Shown: positions 19,594 to 27,078, counted from the first letter of the stretch. The stretch is DNA of 58,932 bases from Candidatus Woesearchaeota archaeon (GCA_964503975.1 CAZDCI010000002.1:1-58932), one strand, 5' to 3'. Translations and numbers: made by a program. Notes: a model not told the origin generated them from the sequence alone.

Positions 19594-20055
19594 ATGGTAA
19601 AAAGTTTTGCTAAATTGATAGTAGAAATTAGAGAACAGTATGGGTATAGCCAAAGAGACCTAGCTGAGGAGATTGGTACCGCGCGCAGTACAGTCTCAGG
19701 ATGGGAGATTGATGAAAAAAATCCATCACGTACGTATGTAAAAAAACTGGCACAACACTTTCCCGACTATGAAGAAAGATTGTATATGGCTGCTAGGCTG
19801 TTGCCCCTCAATCCTAAAGAAATTGATGATATAAAATTAGAATTCGGCAATCTGTTGCAAGAAATTCGGACACAACGTAACTATCGGCAATCCGATTTAG
19901 CAGAAAGAATCGGCGCCAACAAAGGGACTGTGTGTGAGTGGGAGACCGGCAAGCGACTTCCATTCCGAACCCGCATAGAGGATTTAGCTGCTGCCTTTCC
20001 AAAGCACAAAGAGAGAATTTATCACGCTGCTAGAATGCTCCCGCAAGGCGAGTAG
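19594..20055 (+). CDS. Tandem double XRE-family HTH protein
   Basis: Two HTH_3 repeats (YSQRDLAEEIGTARSTVSGWEIDEKNPS and YRQSDLAERIGANKGTVCEWETGKRLP). Visibly higher GC than the surroundings. The TAG stop is followed by 65 open in-frame codons. Confidence 0.75.
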   Translation: MVKSFAKLIVEIREQYGYSQRDLAEEIGTARSTVSGWEIDEKNPSRTYVKKLAQHFPDYEERLYMAARLLPLNPKEIDDIKLEFGNLLQEIRTQRNYRQSDLAERIGANKGTVCEWETGKRLPFRTRIEDLAAAFPKHKERIYHAARMLPQGE

Positions 20056-20268
20056 ATTCCCCATACACACCTTGTGACCTTTTTGGACGACGAAGAAGGC
20101 TATGAAGCGCTAGATGCTATGGGAGCTTACGGGCCAATTCGGTGCTTTGTTTATGATGATGAGGAAGTTTTTAAGATTTCACGTGAGCAGTATAGGGTGC
20201 TGAAGATGCTTGGCGTTTCCTGGCGTGAGATTGATATAGAAAGTAAAAATTGACCACTAAAAATTCTT

Positions 20269-20604
20269 TTATTTCAAGACCTTCGAGAATTTAAAACAGC
20301 CATGACCATCGAAAAACTCCGGAATGTGTTTTTCCTCTTTCCATCCTTTCTTAATGTAAAACTCCGTCGCGTTGTTAATATCTAAAGTGTAACACCAAAT
20401 TGTTTTACAGCCCTTTCTCTTGGATAACTCTTCTGCGAAATGTAGTAATTTTGAGCCGTAACCCTTTCTTTTGGGATTAACTGCTATCGCAACCAGTTCA
20501 CATTTATCATTAGTAAACTCAAGTTCTATGGCCCCTGTATTCTCTAGTATATAATATTCTTTTTTCCACGTCTGATGTTTTTCAGTATTTTGCCGGCTGA
20601 CCAT
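20269..20604 (-). CDS. Small GNAT-family acetyltransferase
   Basis: Acetyl-CoA motif A-like NPKRKGYGSKLLHFAEELSKRKG. At 111 aa it is short for the family. Confidence 0.6.
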   Translation of the reverse strand: MVSRQNTEKHQTWKKEYYILENTGAIELEFTNDKCELVAIAVNPKRKGYGSKLLHFAEELSKRKGCKTIWCYTLDINNATEFYIKKGWKEEKHIPEFFDGHGCFKFSKVLK

Positions 20605-20726
20605 CTTAACTTGGACCTGTACAAAACACCGAATATTTTTTCCAAAAGCAAACAGTCCTGCTCGTTGGCTTTTCGGATTTCCATTGAGAAATAAAAATTA
20701 AGTGATTATAAAAAAGTTACTTCACA

Positions 20727-21143
20727 TCACCCTTTCTCTTTATCATCAACCCCTCCTGCGAGAGGATTTGCATGACCTACTTTTTTCATAGCTTCAGGAG
20801 GCATTCTTTTTTCATACTCGTTTAAGGTTTCTTCCAGACCTTTTTCCGCATCTGTTTTTGTCTGGTTTGCTATCTTTAACAACAAGAACATTGTATCGCC
20901 TAAAAAATCCTGAACCTTATCCCTGTTTTCTTCAATAACTTTTTTCTGTTTTTCATCTCCAATCCACTTAACAAGACTCCAAAGCTCTCCGGTTTCTTCC
21001 GTTATGTTTAACATCAAATCTTTTAAATCCCAGCTATCATCCCATCCGCGAGCTTCGTCAAAATTCTTAATCAAATCCTGGGCGTCTTTTATATTCATAG
21101 AAAAAACATGTTTAAACAACTTATATTGTTTTCTGTTGTTCAC
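20727..21143 (-). CDS. MazG-like nucleotide pyrophosphohydrolase
   Basis: EETGELWSLVKW and LGDTMFLLLKIANQ helices carrying the EExxE/D pattern. The start may be the internal Met at 21098. Confidence 0.65.
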   Translation of the reverse strand: MNNRKQYKLFKHVFSMNIKDAQDLIKNFDEARGWDDSWDLKDLMLNITEETGELWSLVKWIGDEKQKKVIEENRDKVQDFLGDTMFLLLKIANQTKTDAEKGLEETLNEYEKRMPPEAMKKVGHANPLAGGVDDKEKG

Positions 21144-21185
21144 TATAATCCCAACAATATTTAAATAATCTTTTAAAGTAAAAGT

Positions 21186-21647
21186 GTGATGGAAAGAATC
21201 CAGATATCAACACATTATGAGTATCTTATAGAAGTAGGATTTTCTGAGTATGAGGATTCGGATTTGCCTGTTGGAAAGCGTCCGAAATTTAAAATAAGAC
21301 TTTCGGCAGAAAACCATAACGATGCGGTAGAGAAAGCTGAAAGTGCATATCCTAGCCCAAGGTACAGTGTTGTTAGTGTAAGGTCTGTGTCCGAAATTCC
21401 TGTCTTCACAACTTTGCTGACGCCAGAAGAAGTCAGTGAGGTAGCAAGGCTTTATCATCAGATCAAGAAAGCAGAGTTTGATTTGAAACGAGCAGATTAT
21501 GAAGGACCTAACGGCATAGTTGCTCAAAAGCAAGCCGTGCGCAGGCTGGCCGATGAATTAATTCCAAGATATAAAGAAAAAATCCCAAAAGAAATTCAAG
21601 ATAAGTTAGGTTTGGACATAGGAAAACTTGAAGAAAAATGTCGCTGA
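21186..21647 (+). CDS. Hypothetical protein
   Basis: 153-aa ORF, divergent from the MazG-like gene. Confidence 0.45.
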   Translation: MMERIQISTHYEYLIEVGFSEYEDSDLPVGKRPKFKIRLSAENHNDAVEKAESAYPSPRYSVVSVRSVSEIPVFTTLLTPEEVSEVARLYHQIKKAEFDLKRADYEGPNGIVAQKQAVRRLADELIPRYKEKIPKEIQDKLGLDIGKLEEKCR

Positions 21648-21692
21648 AGGAAGTATTTAAAATTCCTGCGAGATTTTTTTGAAATTAATAAT

Positions 21693-21716
21693 TCAACCCC
21701 AAACCAACTTCTCCCC
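21693..21716 (-). repeat. hisS 3'-end-derived direct repeat, copy E (short)
   Basis: Minus strand reads GEKLVWG-stop. Plus-strand core is CCCAAACCAACTTCTCC. Confidence 0.5.
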
Positions 21717-21740
21717 CTATTTTTCTCCCTCATACTCTGC

Positions 21741-21777
21741 ACGTCTACATCCCAACATTTATAAATATTGTAGACGT
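21741..21777 (+). promoter_or_regulatory. Perfect 9-bp inverted repeat ACGTCTACA-N19-TGTAGACGT bracketing a TATA box (TTTATAAATA); probable autoregulatory operator of the MNT-HEPN pair
   Basis: Arms lie at 21741-21749 and 21769-21777, with the TATA box at 21758-21767, about 25 nt before the ATG at 21787. Confidence 0.6.
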
Positions 21778-21786
21778 ACATATCTT

Positions 21787-22248
21787 ATGGCGTATACTGA
21801 GGTAAAAGAGAGAAACGGCAGGAAGTATTATTACAGAGTAAGGTCTATCAGAAAAGGTAAAAAGGTTTCCAAAGAAAGAATATATCTTGGAAAAAATCTT
21901 TCAAAATCAGAGCTTGAGAAAAAGGAGAAAGAAGCAGATGCTTCTTTGAATAAAAACAAAAGAAGCAAGGAGTTTGAAAAGTTAAAGGAGAAAATCGTAA
22001 AAATTCTCAAAAGCTACGGCATTAAAAAAGCAGGAATTTTTGGAAGTTATGTGAGGGGAGAGCAGGGAAAAGACAGCGACATAGATATCCTGATTCAGCC
22101 AAAAAAAAACATGAGTTTATTAGATATATCAGAGTTGAAGATTGAGATAGAGGAAGCTATCGGGAAAAAAGCAGATCTTGTGGAATATTCTGTAATTAAA
22201 CCATTGGTAAAAAATCGCATTTTAAATGAAGAGGTAAAAATAATATGA
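21787..22248 (+). CDS. Minimal nucleotidyltransferase (MNT, antitoxin-type) with a ~60-aa N-terminal extension
   Basis: GIFGSYVRGEQGKDSDIDILI is the G-S...DxD NTase motif. The upstream part of the ORF-track ORF covers promoter and repeat sequence. There is a 4-nt ATGA overlap with the HEPN gene. Confidence 0.8.
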   Translation: MAYTEVKERNGRKYYYRVRSIRKGKKVSKERIYLGKNLSKSELEKKEKEADASLNKNKRSKEFEKLKEKIVKILKSYGIKKAGIFGSYVRGEQGKDSDIDILIQPKKNMSLLDISELKIEIEEAIGKKADLVEYSVIKPLVKNRILNEEVKII

Positions 22249-22592
22249 AAAGAGACGTTAGTTTATTTATAAACGATATTTTGGAAAACATAGAAGACAT
22301 AGAATCCTTTTCTAAAGGACTTGATAAAAACAGGTTTAAATCAAATAAATTAGAGCAAAACGCCATTACGAGAAGCCTGGAAATCATAGGAGAAGCAACA
22401 AAAAATATTCCGCAGTCTCTTAAAAGCAAATATCCAAACGTTTCCTGGAAAGGAATAGCAGGATTTAGAGACATTCTAAGCCACGCTTATTTTGGGGTAA
22501 ATGCTGACAGGATTTGGAAAGTAGTTAAAGAAGACCTGCCTGTTTTAAAAAAACAAATGCAAAAGATAAAGAAAGATTTAGAATCTAACTAA
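22245..22592 (+). CDS. HEPN-domain (DUF86) toxin-type protein
   Basis: R-x4-H motif in GFRDILSHAYFGV. Size and gene order are typical of MNT-HEPN modules. Confidence 0.8.
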   Translation: MKRDVSLFINDILENIEDIESFSKGLDKNRFKSNKLEQNAITRSLEIIGEATKNIPQSLKSKYPNVSWKGIAGFRDILSHAYFGVNADRIWKVVKEDLPVLKKQMQKIKKDLESN

Positions 22593-22613
22593 CTTTTCCT
22601 TCCCGGTTTTCAT
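22578..22613 (-). repeat. hisS 3'-end-derived direct repeat, copy D
   Basis: Minus strand reads MKTGKEKLVRF-stop and overlaps the last codons of the HEPN gene on the other strand. Confidence 0.7.
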
Positions 22614-22694
22614 ATAATATCTAGAATAAATCTAATTTCTTTTAAGTGGTGACATAAGAGAAATGTTTATAAAAAGGATTTTTCTTAAATTTTC

Positions 22695-23327
22695 ATGAAA
22701 GTGAGATTGGATTTGCCACATATATACGAATGTTTAGAAGAGCCAGGAACAGTTAGCCCTCAAAACCAATTTTATTTGGAGGCAATAGAACAAATAAAAG
22801 CAGGAGAAGAATGGAAAGATAAAAAAGAGATACCTGTTTCTCCCAAAGAGATTGCAAGGACAATTCATTTAGGGAAAGCAATTTTACCAACTCCTTTTGA
22901 AAGCGTGGACGGTCATTTTAAAAGAGATGAAGGGGCATACGCGGGAAAAGTCAGGATTAGCATTCCAACATATAATGTTGATCCGGTTAAAACTAATGAA
23001 ACGTTAGAAATAGTGTATACAGGATTAAGAGATTTTTTTGGTAACGATTGGGTGCAAATGAACCCTACTTCAGGATATTTGATAGTAAGAGGCAAACCTA
23101 AAATAGCTGTTCAACCATCAAATCCATTTATATCTGTAAGTATTGGTGATTCTGGTATCCAGGAGGCCAAGTTTGGTGCTTACGAGACTTTTTCTAAAGA
23201 TGGTATGCTTTTGGAAAGTGTTGTTGATATTTGTGTAAATTCCGGAATTGAAGGAGCTGTATTAAGAGGAGATATGGATTCAAATCCAAATTTAGAAATA
23301 AGTTTGAGGCCAGTAAAATCTCTCTAA
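22695..23327 (+). CDS. Hypothetical protein
   Basis: 210-aa ORF with a TATA-like GTTTATAAAAAGG about 25 nt upstream. Forms a single-gene module between repeat copies D and C. Confidence 0.55.
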   Translation: MKVRLDLPHIYECLEEPGTVSPQNQFYLEAIEQIKAGEEWKDKKEIPVSPKEIARTIHLGKAILPTPFESVDGHFKRDEGAYAGKVRISIPTYNVDPVKTNETLEIVYTGLRDFFGNDWVQMNPTSGYLIVRGKPKIAVQPSNPFISVSIGDSGIQEAKFGAYETFSKDGMLLESVVDICVNSGIEGAVLRGDMDSNPNLEISLRPVKSL

Positions 23328-23431
23328 ATCTTCACCAACTTTTCCTTCCCTGTTTTCATATCCTTAACCTTAACCTTTCCTTGTTTTAAGAGGTTCACTT
23401 CTTTGTCGTCGATGAAAACCACTTTGATGTA
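23324..23431 (-). pseudogene. Remnant of a second, diverged hisS 3' end (35 codons plus stop), copy C
   Basis: Minus strand reads YIKVVFIDDKEVNLLKQGKVKVKDMKTGKEKLVKI-stop. The hisS tail reads YKKVIFLGDKEVNLLKQGKVKMKDMASGKEKLVGL-stop. Confidence 0.85.
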
Positions 23432-23438
23432 ACATTTA

Positions 23439-23470
23439 CCCCTTACATTATAAAAAGTATTTGTAAAGGG
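23439..23470 (+). promoter_or_regulatory. Imperfect inverted repeat CCCCTTACA-N14-TGTAAAGGG around TATA-like TTATAAAAA, upstream of the Fic gene
   Basis: Arms match at 8 of 9 positions. A second TATA-like CTTTATAAAG lies about 25 nt before the ATG at 23505. Confidence 0.4.
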
Positions 23471-23504
23471 TAAGCTTTATAAAGCACCTATTCCTAGATA
23501 TTTT

Positions 23505-24506
23505 ATGGTTTATATTTATAAGAAAACAATTGGAAAAAAACCCTATTATTATCTAAGGGCATCAGTTAGAAAAGGAGATAAAATAGTTGTAAAAGATCTG
23601 GCTTATCTTGGAAGCAATCTTAACGAGGTAAAAAAGAATATTGAAAATTCTAAAAAATATAAAAAAGAAATAAGGAAAACTTATCACACAATCAAATCTT
23701 TTCTTGATTCCAATTACTATCTGGAGAAAGTGGCTAAATTAAAGTTGAAAAAAGATAAATTTTTAGATAAAAAACTTCTGGAAGTAGAAGCCTGCAAAGA
23801 GCATTTCACAAAAAAATTTGGCAGGGAGCACGAGTTAACAAAAAAAGATTTATTCAAATATTTTTTAATTGGGTTTGCCTATAATACTACTTCTATTGAA
23901 GGAAATACAATTACTTTGAAAGAAGCTAAAAGTTTGCTTGAAGAAGGTTTAACTCCAAAAAACAGGACTTTAAGGGAAATTCATGATTTGAAAAATACAG
24001 AAAGTGTCTTCTATAAAATTTTAAGTTCAAAAAAAGAAATTGACAAAAATTTTATTATAGATATTCATAAAAAATTGATGAAAAATATTGATAATAGAAT
24101 AGGTTTTAGAAACTCAGATGTAAGAGTTTTAAGGGTTAAGTTCAAGGCAAGTTCAGCAAAGTATGTTGTAACAGATATAAATCTTCTTTTAGAGTGGTAT
24201 AGCAAAAATAAAAGTAAATTTCATCCTTTGGTTTTGGCAGCCCTGTTTCACCACAAGTTTGAAAAAATCCATCCTTTTTACGATGGAAATGGAAGGACTG
24301 GCAGAATGTTACTAAATTACATTCTTATAAAGAATAATTATCCTCCTTTAATAATCAGAAAAAAATTCAGAAAACAATATCTTGACGCTTTAGAAAAAGC
24401 AGATAATAGTCTTATTAGGGAAGCAAAAACAGAGAACTACTTTAGTTTAGTCCAGTATGTGGCTTCTGAGTTAATTAATAATTATTGGAATATTTTTTTG
24501 GTGTAA
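23505..24506 (+). CDS. Fic/DOC-family protein (AMPylase-type)
   Basis: Canonical Fic motif HPFYDGNGRTGR. The N-terminal ~40 aa resemble the N-terminal extension of the MNT protein. Confidence 0.9.
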   Translation: MVYIYKKTIGKKPYYYLRASVRKGDKIVVKDLAYLGSNLNEVKKNIENSKKYKKEIRKTYHTIKSFLDSNYYLEKVAKLKLKKDKFLDKKLLEVEACKEHFTKKFGREHELTKKDLFKYFLIGFAYNTTSIEGNTITLKEAKSLLEEGLTPKNRTLREIHDLKNTESVFYKILSSKKEIDKNFIIDIHKKLMKNIDNRIGFRNSDVRVLRVKFKASSAKYVVTDINLLLEWYSKNKSKFHPLVLAALFHHKFEKIHPFYDGNGRTGRMLLNYILIKNNYPPLIIRKKFRKQYLDALEKADNSLIREAKTENYFSLVQYVASELINNYWNIFLV

Positions 24507-24509
24507 ATT

Positions 24510-24564
24510 TCACAAAGCAATACTCTTATCCTTCCCTGAAGCCATATCTTTCACCTTAACCTTT
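24510..24564 (-). pseudogene. Remnant hisS 3' end (17 codons plus stop), copy B
   Basis: Minus strand reads KVKVKDMASGKDKSIAL-stop. A 37-nt stretch differs from the hisS tail at one position. Confidence 0.85.
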
Positions 24565-24795
24565 CAGACCAGAAAAATTTATCTCAAATGGAAGGCTAAA
24601 CTCTATTTCATCCAAATTTTTTGCCTTTTTCCTAAAGTTTAATATACCTATTCCAATAACCTCGTCAGTATCTTCATCTTTGAAAACCGTTATTCCCGGA
24701 GCAATTTCTTCCCCATAATTTGGTACACCTTTTCTTACAAATATCTCCAGGAAATCCCCTTCTTCATCATAGTATATTTTCATTTGCCCATTCAT
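24556..24795 (-). CDS. DUF2283-family small protein (antitoxin-like)
   Basis: YYDEEGDFLEIF ... VIGIGILNF matches the DUF2283 pattern. 4-nt overlap with the upstream gene. Confidence 0.65.
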   Translation of the reverse strand: MNGQMKIYYDEEGDFLEIFVRKGVPNYGEEIAPGITVFKDEDTDEVIGIGILNFRKKAKNLDEIEFSLPFEINFSGLKG

Positions 24796-25085
24796 TTTAT
24801 GTTCCTAGCATAGTGCACTGACATTACAAAACCATCTCCATTTAAATACTTAACGATGACTTTAAGGTATTTTGATTTTTGTTTTTTATGCTTGAAATAT
24901 TTATAGAAATTATTAACATCTTCTCTTTCATCAAAGGTAATCTTATCTGATTTTTTAAGGGTTTCATGAATTTCATCAGGAGTTTCAACATTAGGATGAT
25001 AGGCCTTAATATGTCTCCACTGCTTCTTTGTAAGCCTTATTTTCCTTTTGGTTTTATCTGTAACCTCAAAAATAATATCCTCCAT
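24792..25085 (-). CDS. Hypothetical small basic protein, toxin-like partner of DUF2283
   Basis: 97 aa, with KQWRHIKAYHPNV and KYLKVIVKYLNGDGFVMSVHYARNIK. The operon layout matches the DUF4258-DUF2283 pair at 30240-30658. Confidence 0.5.
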   Translation of the reverse strand: MEDIIFEVTDKTKRKIRLTKKQWRHIKAYHPNVETPDEIHETLKKSDKITFDEREDVNNFYKYFKHKKQKSKYLKVIVKYLNGDGFVMSVHYARNIK

Positions 25086-25139
25086 TGACTAATCAAAAAA
25101 ACACGCTATAAAAAATTATCTTAAATTTCAATATAGCAA

Positions 25140-26291
25140 TCAAAGCCCAACCAACTTCTCCTTCCCTGAAGCCATATCTTTCATCTTAACCTTTCCCTGC
25201 TTCAAAAGGTTCACTTCTTTATCTCCAAGAAAGATGACTTTTTTGTAGCTATACGAGTTAGCATATTCAAGAGCCTTGCTTGGTTTTCCGTAATAAATAC
25301 TTACAACTTCTCCGCGCTTTCTAAGTTTTTCAGCAAGTTTTATTGCCTTGCGGTCTTGCCCTATTGAAATTATTAGAGTTTTGTCTTTCTCAGCTTCCAA
25401 TTGAGAAACTTCAGCCAAACGCTCCAATCCAAAACTTATTCCAGTACATTGCTTACCATTAAACTCGTAGCTCCCACCGGCAATAACTGTCTCTTTTATT
25501 CCGCGAGCTTTCACCTCAAAAACGCTTCCATTGTAATAACTTAGGCCGCGAGCAATTGTCGGGCTGAACTCAACCCTAAAACCGTATTGCTTGCAATAAT
25601 CCATTAAACTGATTATTCTTTTATAGCTTGAAAATTGTTTGAAGAATTTTTCTCCTTTTTTTATATCATCTAAAAACTTTTCAGCATCATATTTTTTCAA
25701 AATTGATTTAAGTTTTTTCTCGCCAATTTTATCATACTTGTCAATTTCCCTAAGAACTTGGGCCCTCTTTTTTTTGTCAACTTTTTCAAACTCAAGAATC
25801 TCATCAAGCAATACTCTATTGTTAACCAAAATAACAGGCTTTATTCCCATTTCTTTAAACGCCTGATTCGTCAGTGCAAGAATCTCTGCCTCGTCTCTTG
25901 CAGGCGCGTCATCACTTATTCCAATAATGTCAGCATCTGCCTGGGTGAACTGCCTTAATCTGTTTTTAGATACGGGCTCATCTCTAAAAATCTGTCCTAT
26001 TTGATAACGTTTCCATGGAAGCTTTTGATTTTTCATCAAACGTTTAAGCTGAAAGGTAAATTCATATCTCAAGGCTAGTTTGCGTTTACCCCTGTCTTTA
26101 AGCTTAAATATATCCGAGACAGCCTCATCATCTGCGTTGTCACCTTGGACAAACTTTTCCTGCTCAATCACAGGAGTTTGCACAGGCTCAAACCCGTAAG
26201 CTTCAAAAGTTTCTTTTAAAATTTGCCTAATTCTCTCTATCTTTTCTGCATCTTTTCCTATGAAGTCGCGAAAGCCTTTAACTGTTTTCAT
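25140..26291 (-). CDS. hisS: Histidyl-tRNA synthetase
   Basis: Class II motif 2 (FRDEPVSKNRLRQFTQADADIIG), motif 3 (GISFGLERL) and a C-terminal anticodon-binding domain. Confidence 0.9.
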   Translation of the reverse strand: MKTVKGFRDFIGKDAEKIERIRQILKETFEAYGFEPVQTPVIEQEKFVQGDNADDEAVSDIFKLKDRGKRKLALRYEFTFQLKRLMKNQKLPWKRYQIGQIFRDEPVSKNRLRQFTQADADIIGISDDAPARDEAEILALTNQAFKEMGIKPVILVNNRVLLDEILEFEKVDKKKRAQVLREIDKYDKIGEKKLKSILKKYDAEKFLDDIKKGEKFFKQFSSYKRIISLMDYCKQYGFRVEFSPTIARGLSYYNGSVFEVKARGIKETVIAGGSYEFNGKQCTGISFGLERLAEVSQLEAEKDKTLIISIGQDRKAIKLAEKLRKRGEVVSIYYGKPSKALEYANSYSYKKVIFLGDKEVNLLKQGKVKMKDMASGKEKLVGL

Positions 26292-26728
26292 TTAAGTTTT
26301 TTCTCCAAAAGCACGCCCTTTTTACTCGGTAATAAACCTATTCTGTTATATAAATTCATTGCTCTACCATCTCTAGAAGCAATTCCTAAAACTTTTTTGA
26401 AACCCTTATTTTTGTAAATTTCAAATATTCTTTTCCAAACAAAAGTTCCTATCCCTTTATTTTGAAACTCTTTTTTTATCGCTATTTCTTCTGCAAAAGC
26501 AACATCGCCGGGACACATGAATAAAGGGTTAACGACAATAAATCCGACTATCTCATTTTTGTATTTGATGGTATATGTGTCAAAATTATCAAAGAAGAAA
26601 TCCATTTTATCCTTCATTATTTTATCGGTCCAATTCTCATTGTAGGGAGGTTTAGAAAATTCTGTTTTGTATATCTCAGAAATGACAGGCAAATCTTCTT
26701 TAATTGATTGGGTCAATTTAACATTCAT
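26288..26728 (-). CDS. GNAT-family N-acetyltransferase
   Basis: IAIKKEFQNKGIGTFVWKRIFEIYKNKGFKKV is the acetyl-CoA binding motif. 4-nt overlap with the hisS start. Confidence 0.75.
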   Translation of the reverse strand: MNVKLTQSIKEDLPVISEIYKTEFSKPPYNENWTDKIMKDKMDFFFDNFDTYTIKYKNEIVGFIVVNPLFMCPGDVAFAEEIAIKKEFQNKGIGTFVWKRIFEIYKNKGFKKVLGIASRDGRAMNLYNRIGLLPSKKGVLLEKKLK

Positions 26729-26753
26729 TTTTCAAAAAACTTCCTTTCAAAAG

Positions 26754-26825
26754 GGTGGAAGGGGAGAATCGAACTCCCGTTTTACGGACCACAACCGCAC
26801 GTTCTGCCACTGAACTACAACCACC
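26754..26825 (-). tRNA. tRNA-His (anticodon GTG) with genomically encoded G-1
   Basis: Manual cloverleaf: D stem GTTC/GAAC, anticodon loop TTGTGGT, T arm GGGAG-TTCGATT-CTCCC, G-1 opposite C73. Acceptor pairs 5:68 and 6:67 are U-U mismatches. Confidence 0.7.
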
Positions 26826-27078
26826 ATTACAATTTAATTTAGGAGAAAAAGGTATAAAAAACTTACTTAAAGAATATTTAGAATTTGCAAGGCTACGGCT
26901 AGAAATGTTTCTAATGATGCCGACACTTACCTTGTTTAGTCATTATTTTTAGCGGAGATTTTTATTTATAAAACTATTGATTATTTTTTTCCAAAAGGCA
27001 AACATCTTATACTGTTATAAAAATTAGAATTATCAATAAAAATCATCACCTTCATTTTATAATCAATTAAAAAGATAG

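Noticed and set aside
20053-20055. Genome-wide TAG reassignment or readthrough
   Set aside because: TAG terminates several well-defined genes (scpA at 4672-4674, and the genes ending at 3263 and 8839), with other stops following closely. The open frames after the TAGs at 20055 and 29697 are therefore better explained by chance or a local nonsense mutation.
20595-20627. Possible eighth hisS-related fragment (CCATCTTAACTTGGACCTGTACAAAAC) at the start of the small GNAT gene
   Set aside because: Only a 9-nt exact match (GTTAAGATG on the minus strand) plus scattered identities was found. This is within chance expectation for an AT-rich 59-kb window, and the flanks do not align.
16817-25240. Classical integron (attC) interpretation of the hisS-tail repeats
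   Set aside because: Some copies contain a GTTRRRY-like word (GTTGGGC, GTTGGGT, GTTAGAT). However, I see no inverse core RYYYAAC partner, no imperfect-palindrome structure and no intI-like gene. The repeats are clearly coding-sequence remnants of hisS. The idea is kept only as an alternative to test.
26830-27078. ATGATGC word near 26903, considered as a C box of a C/D sRNA
   Set aside because: There is no matching D box (CTGA) at an appropriate distance on either strand and no terminal stem.
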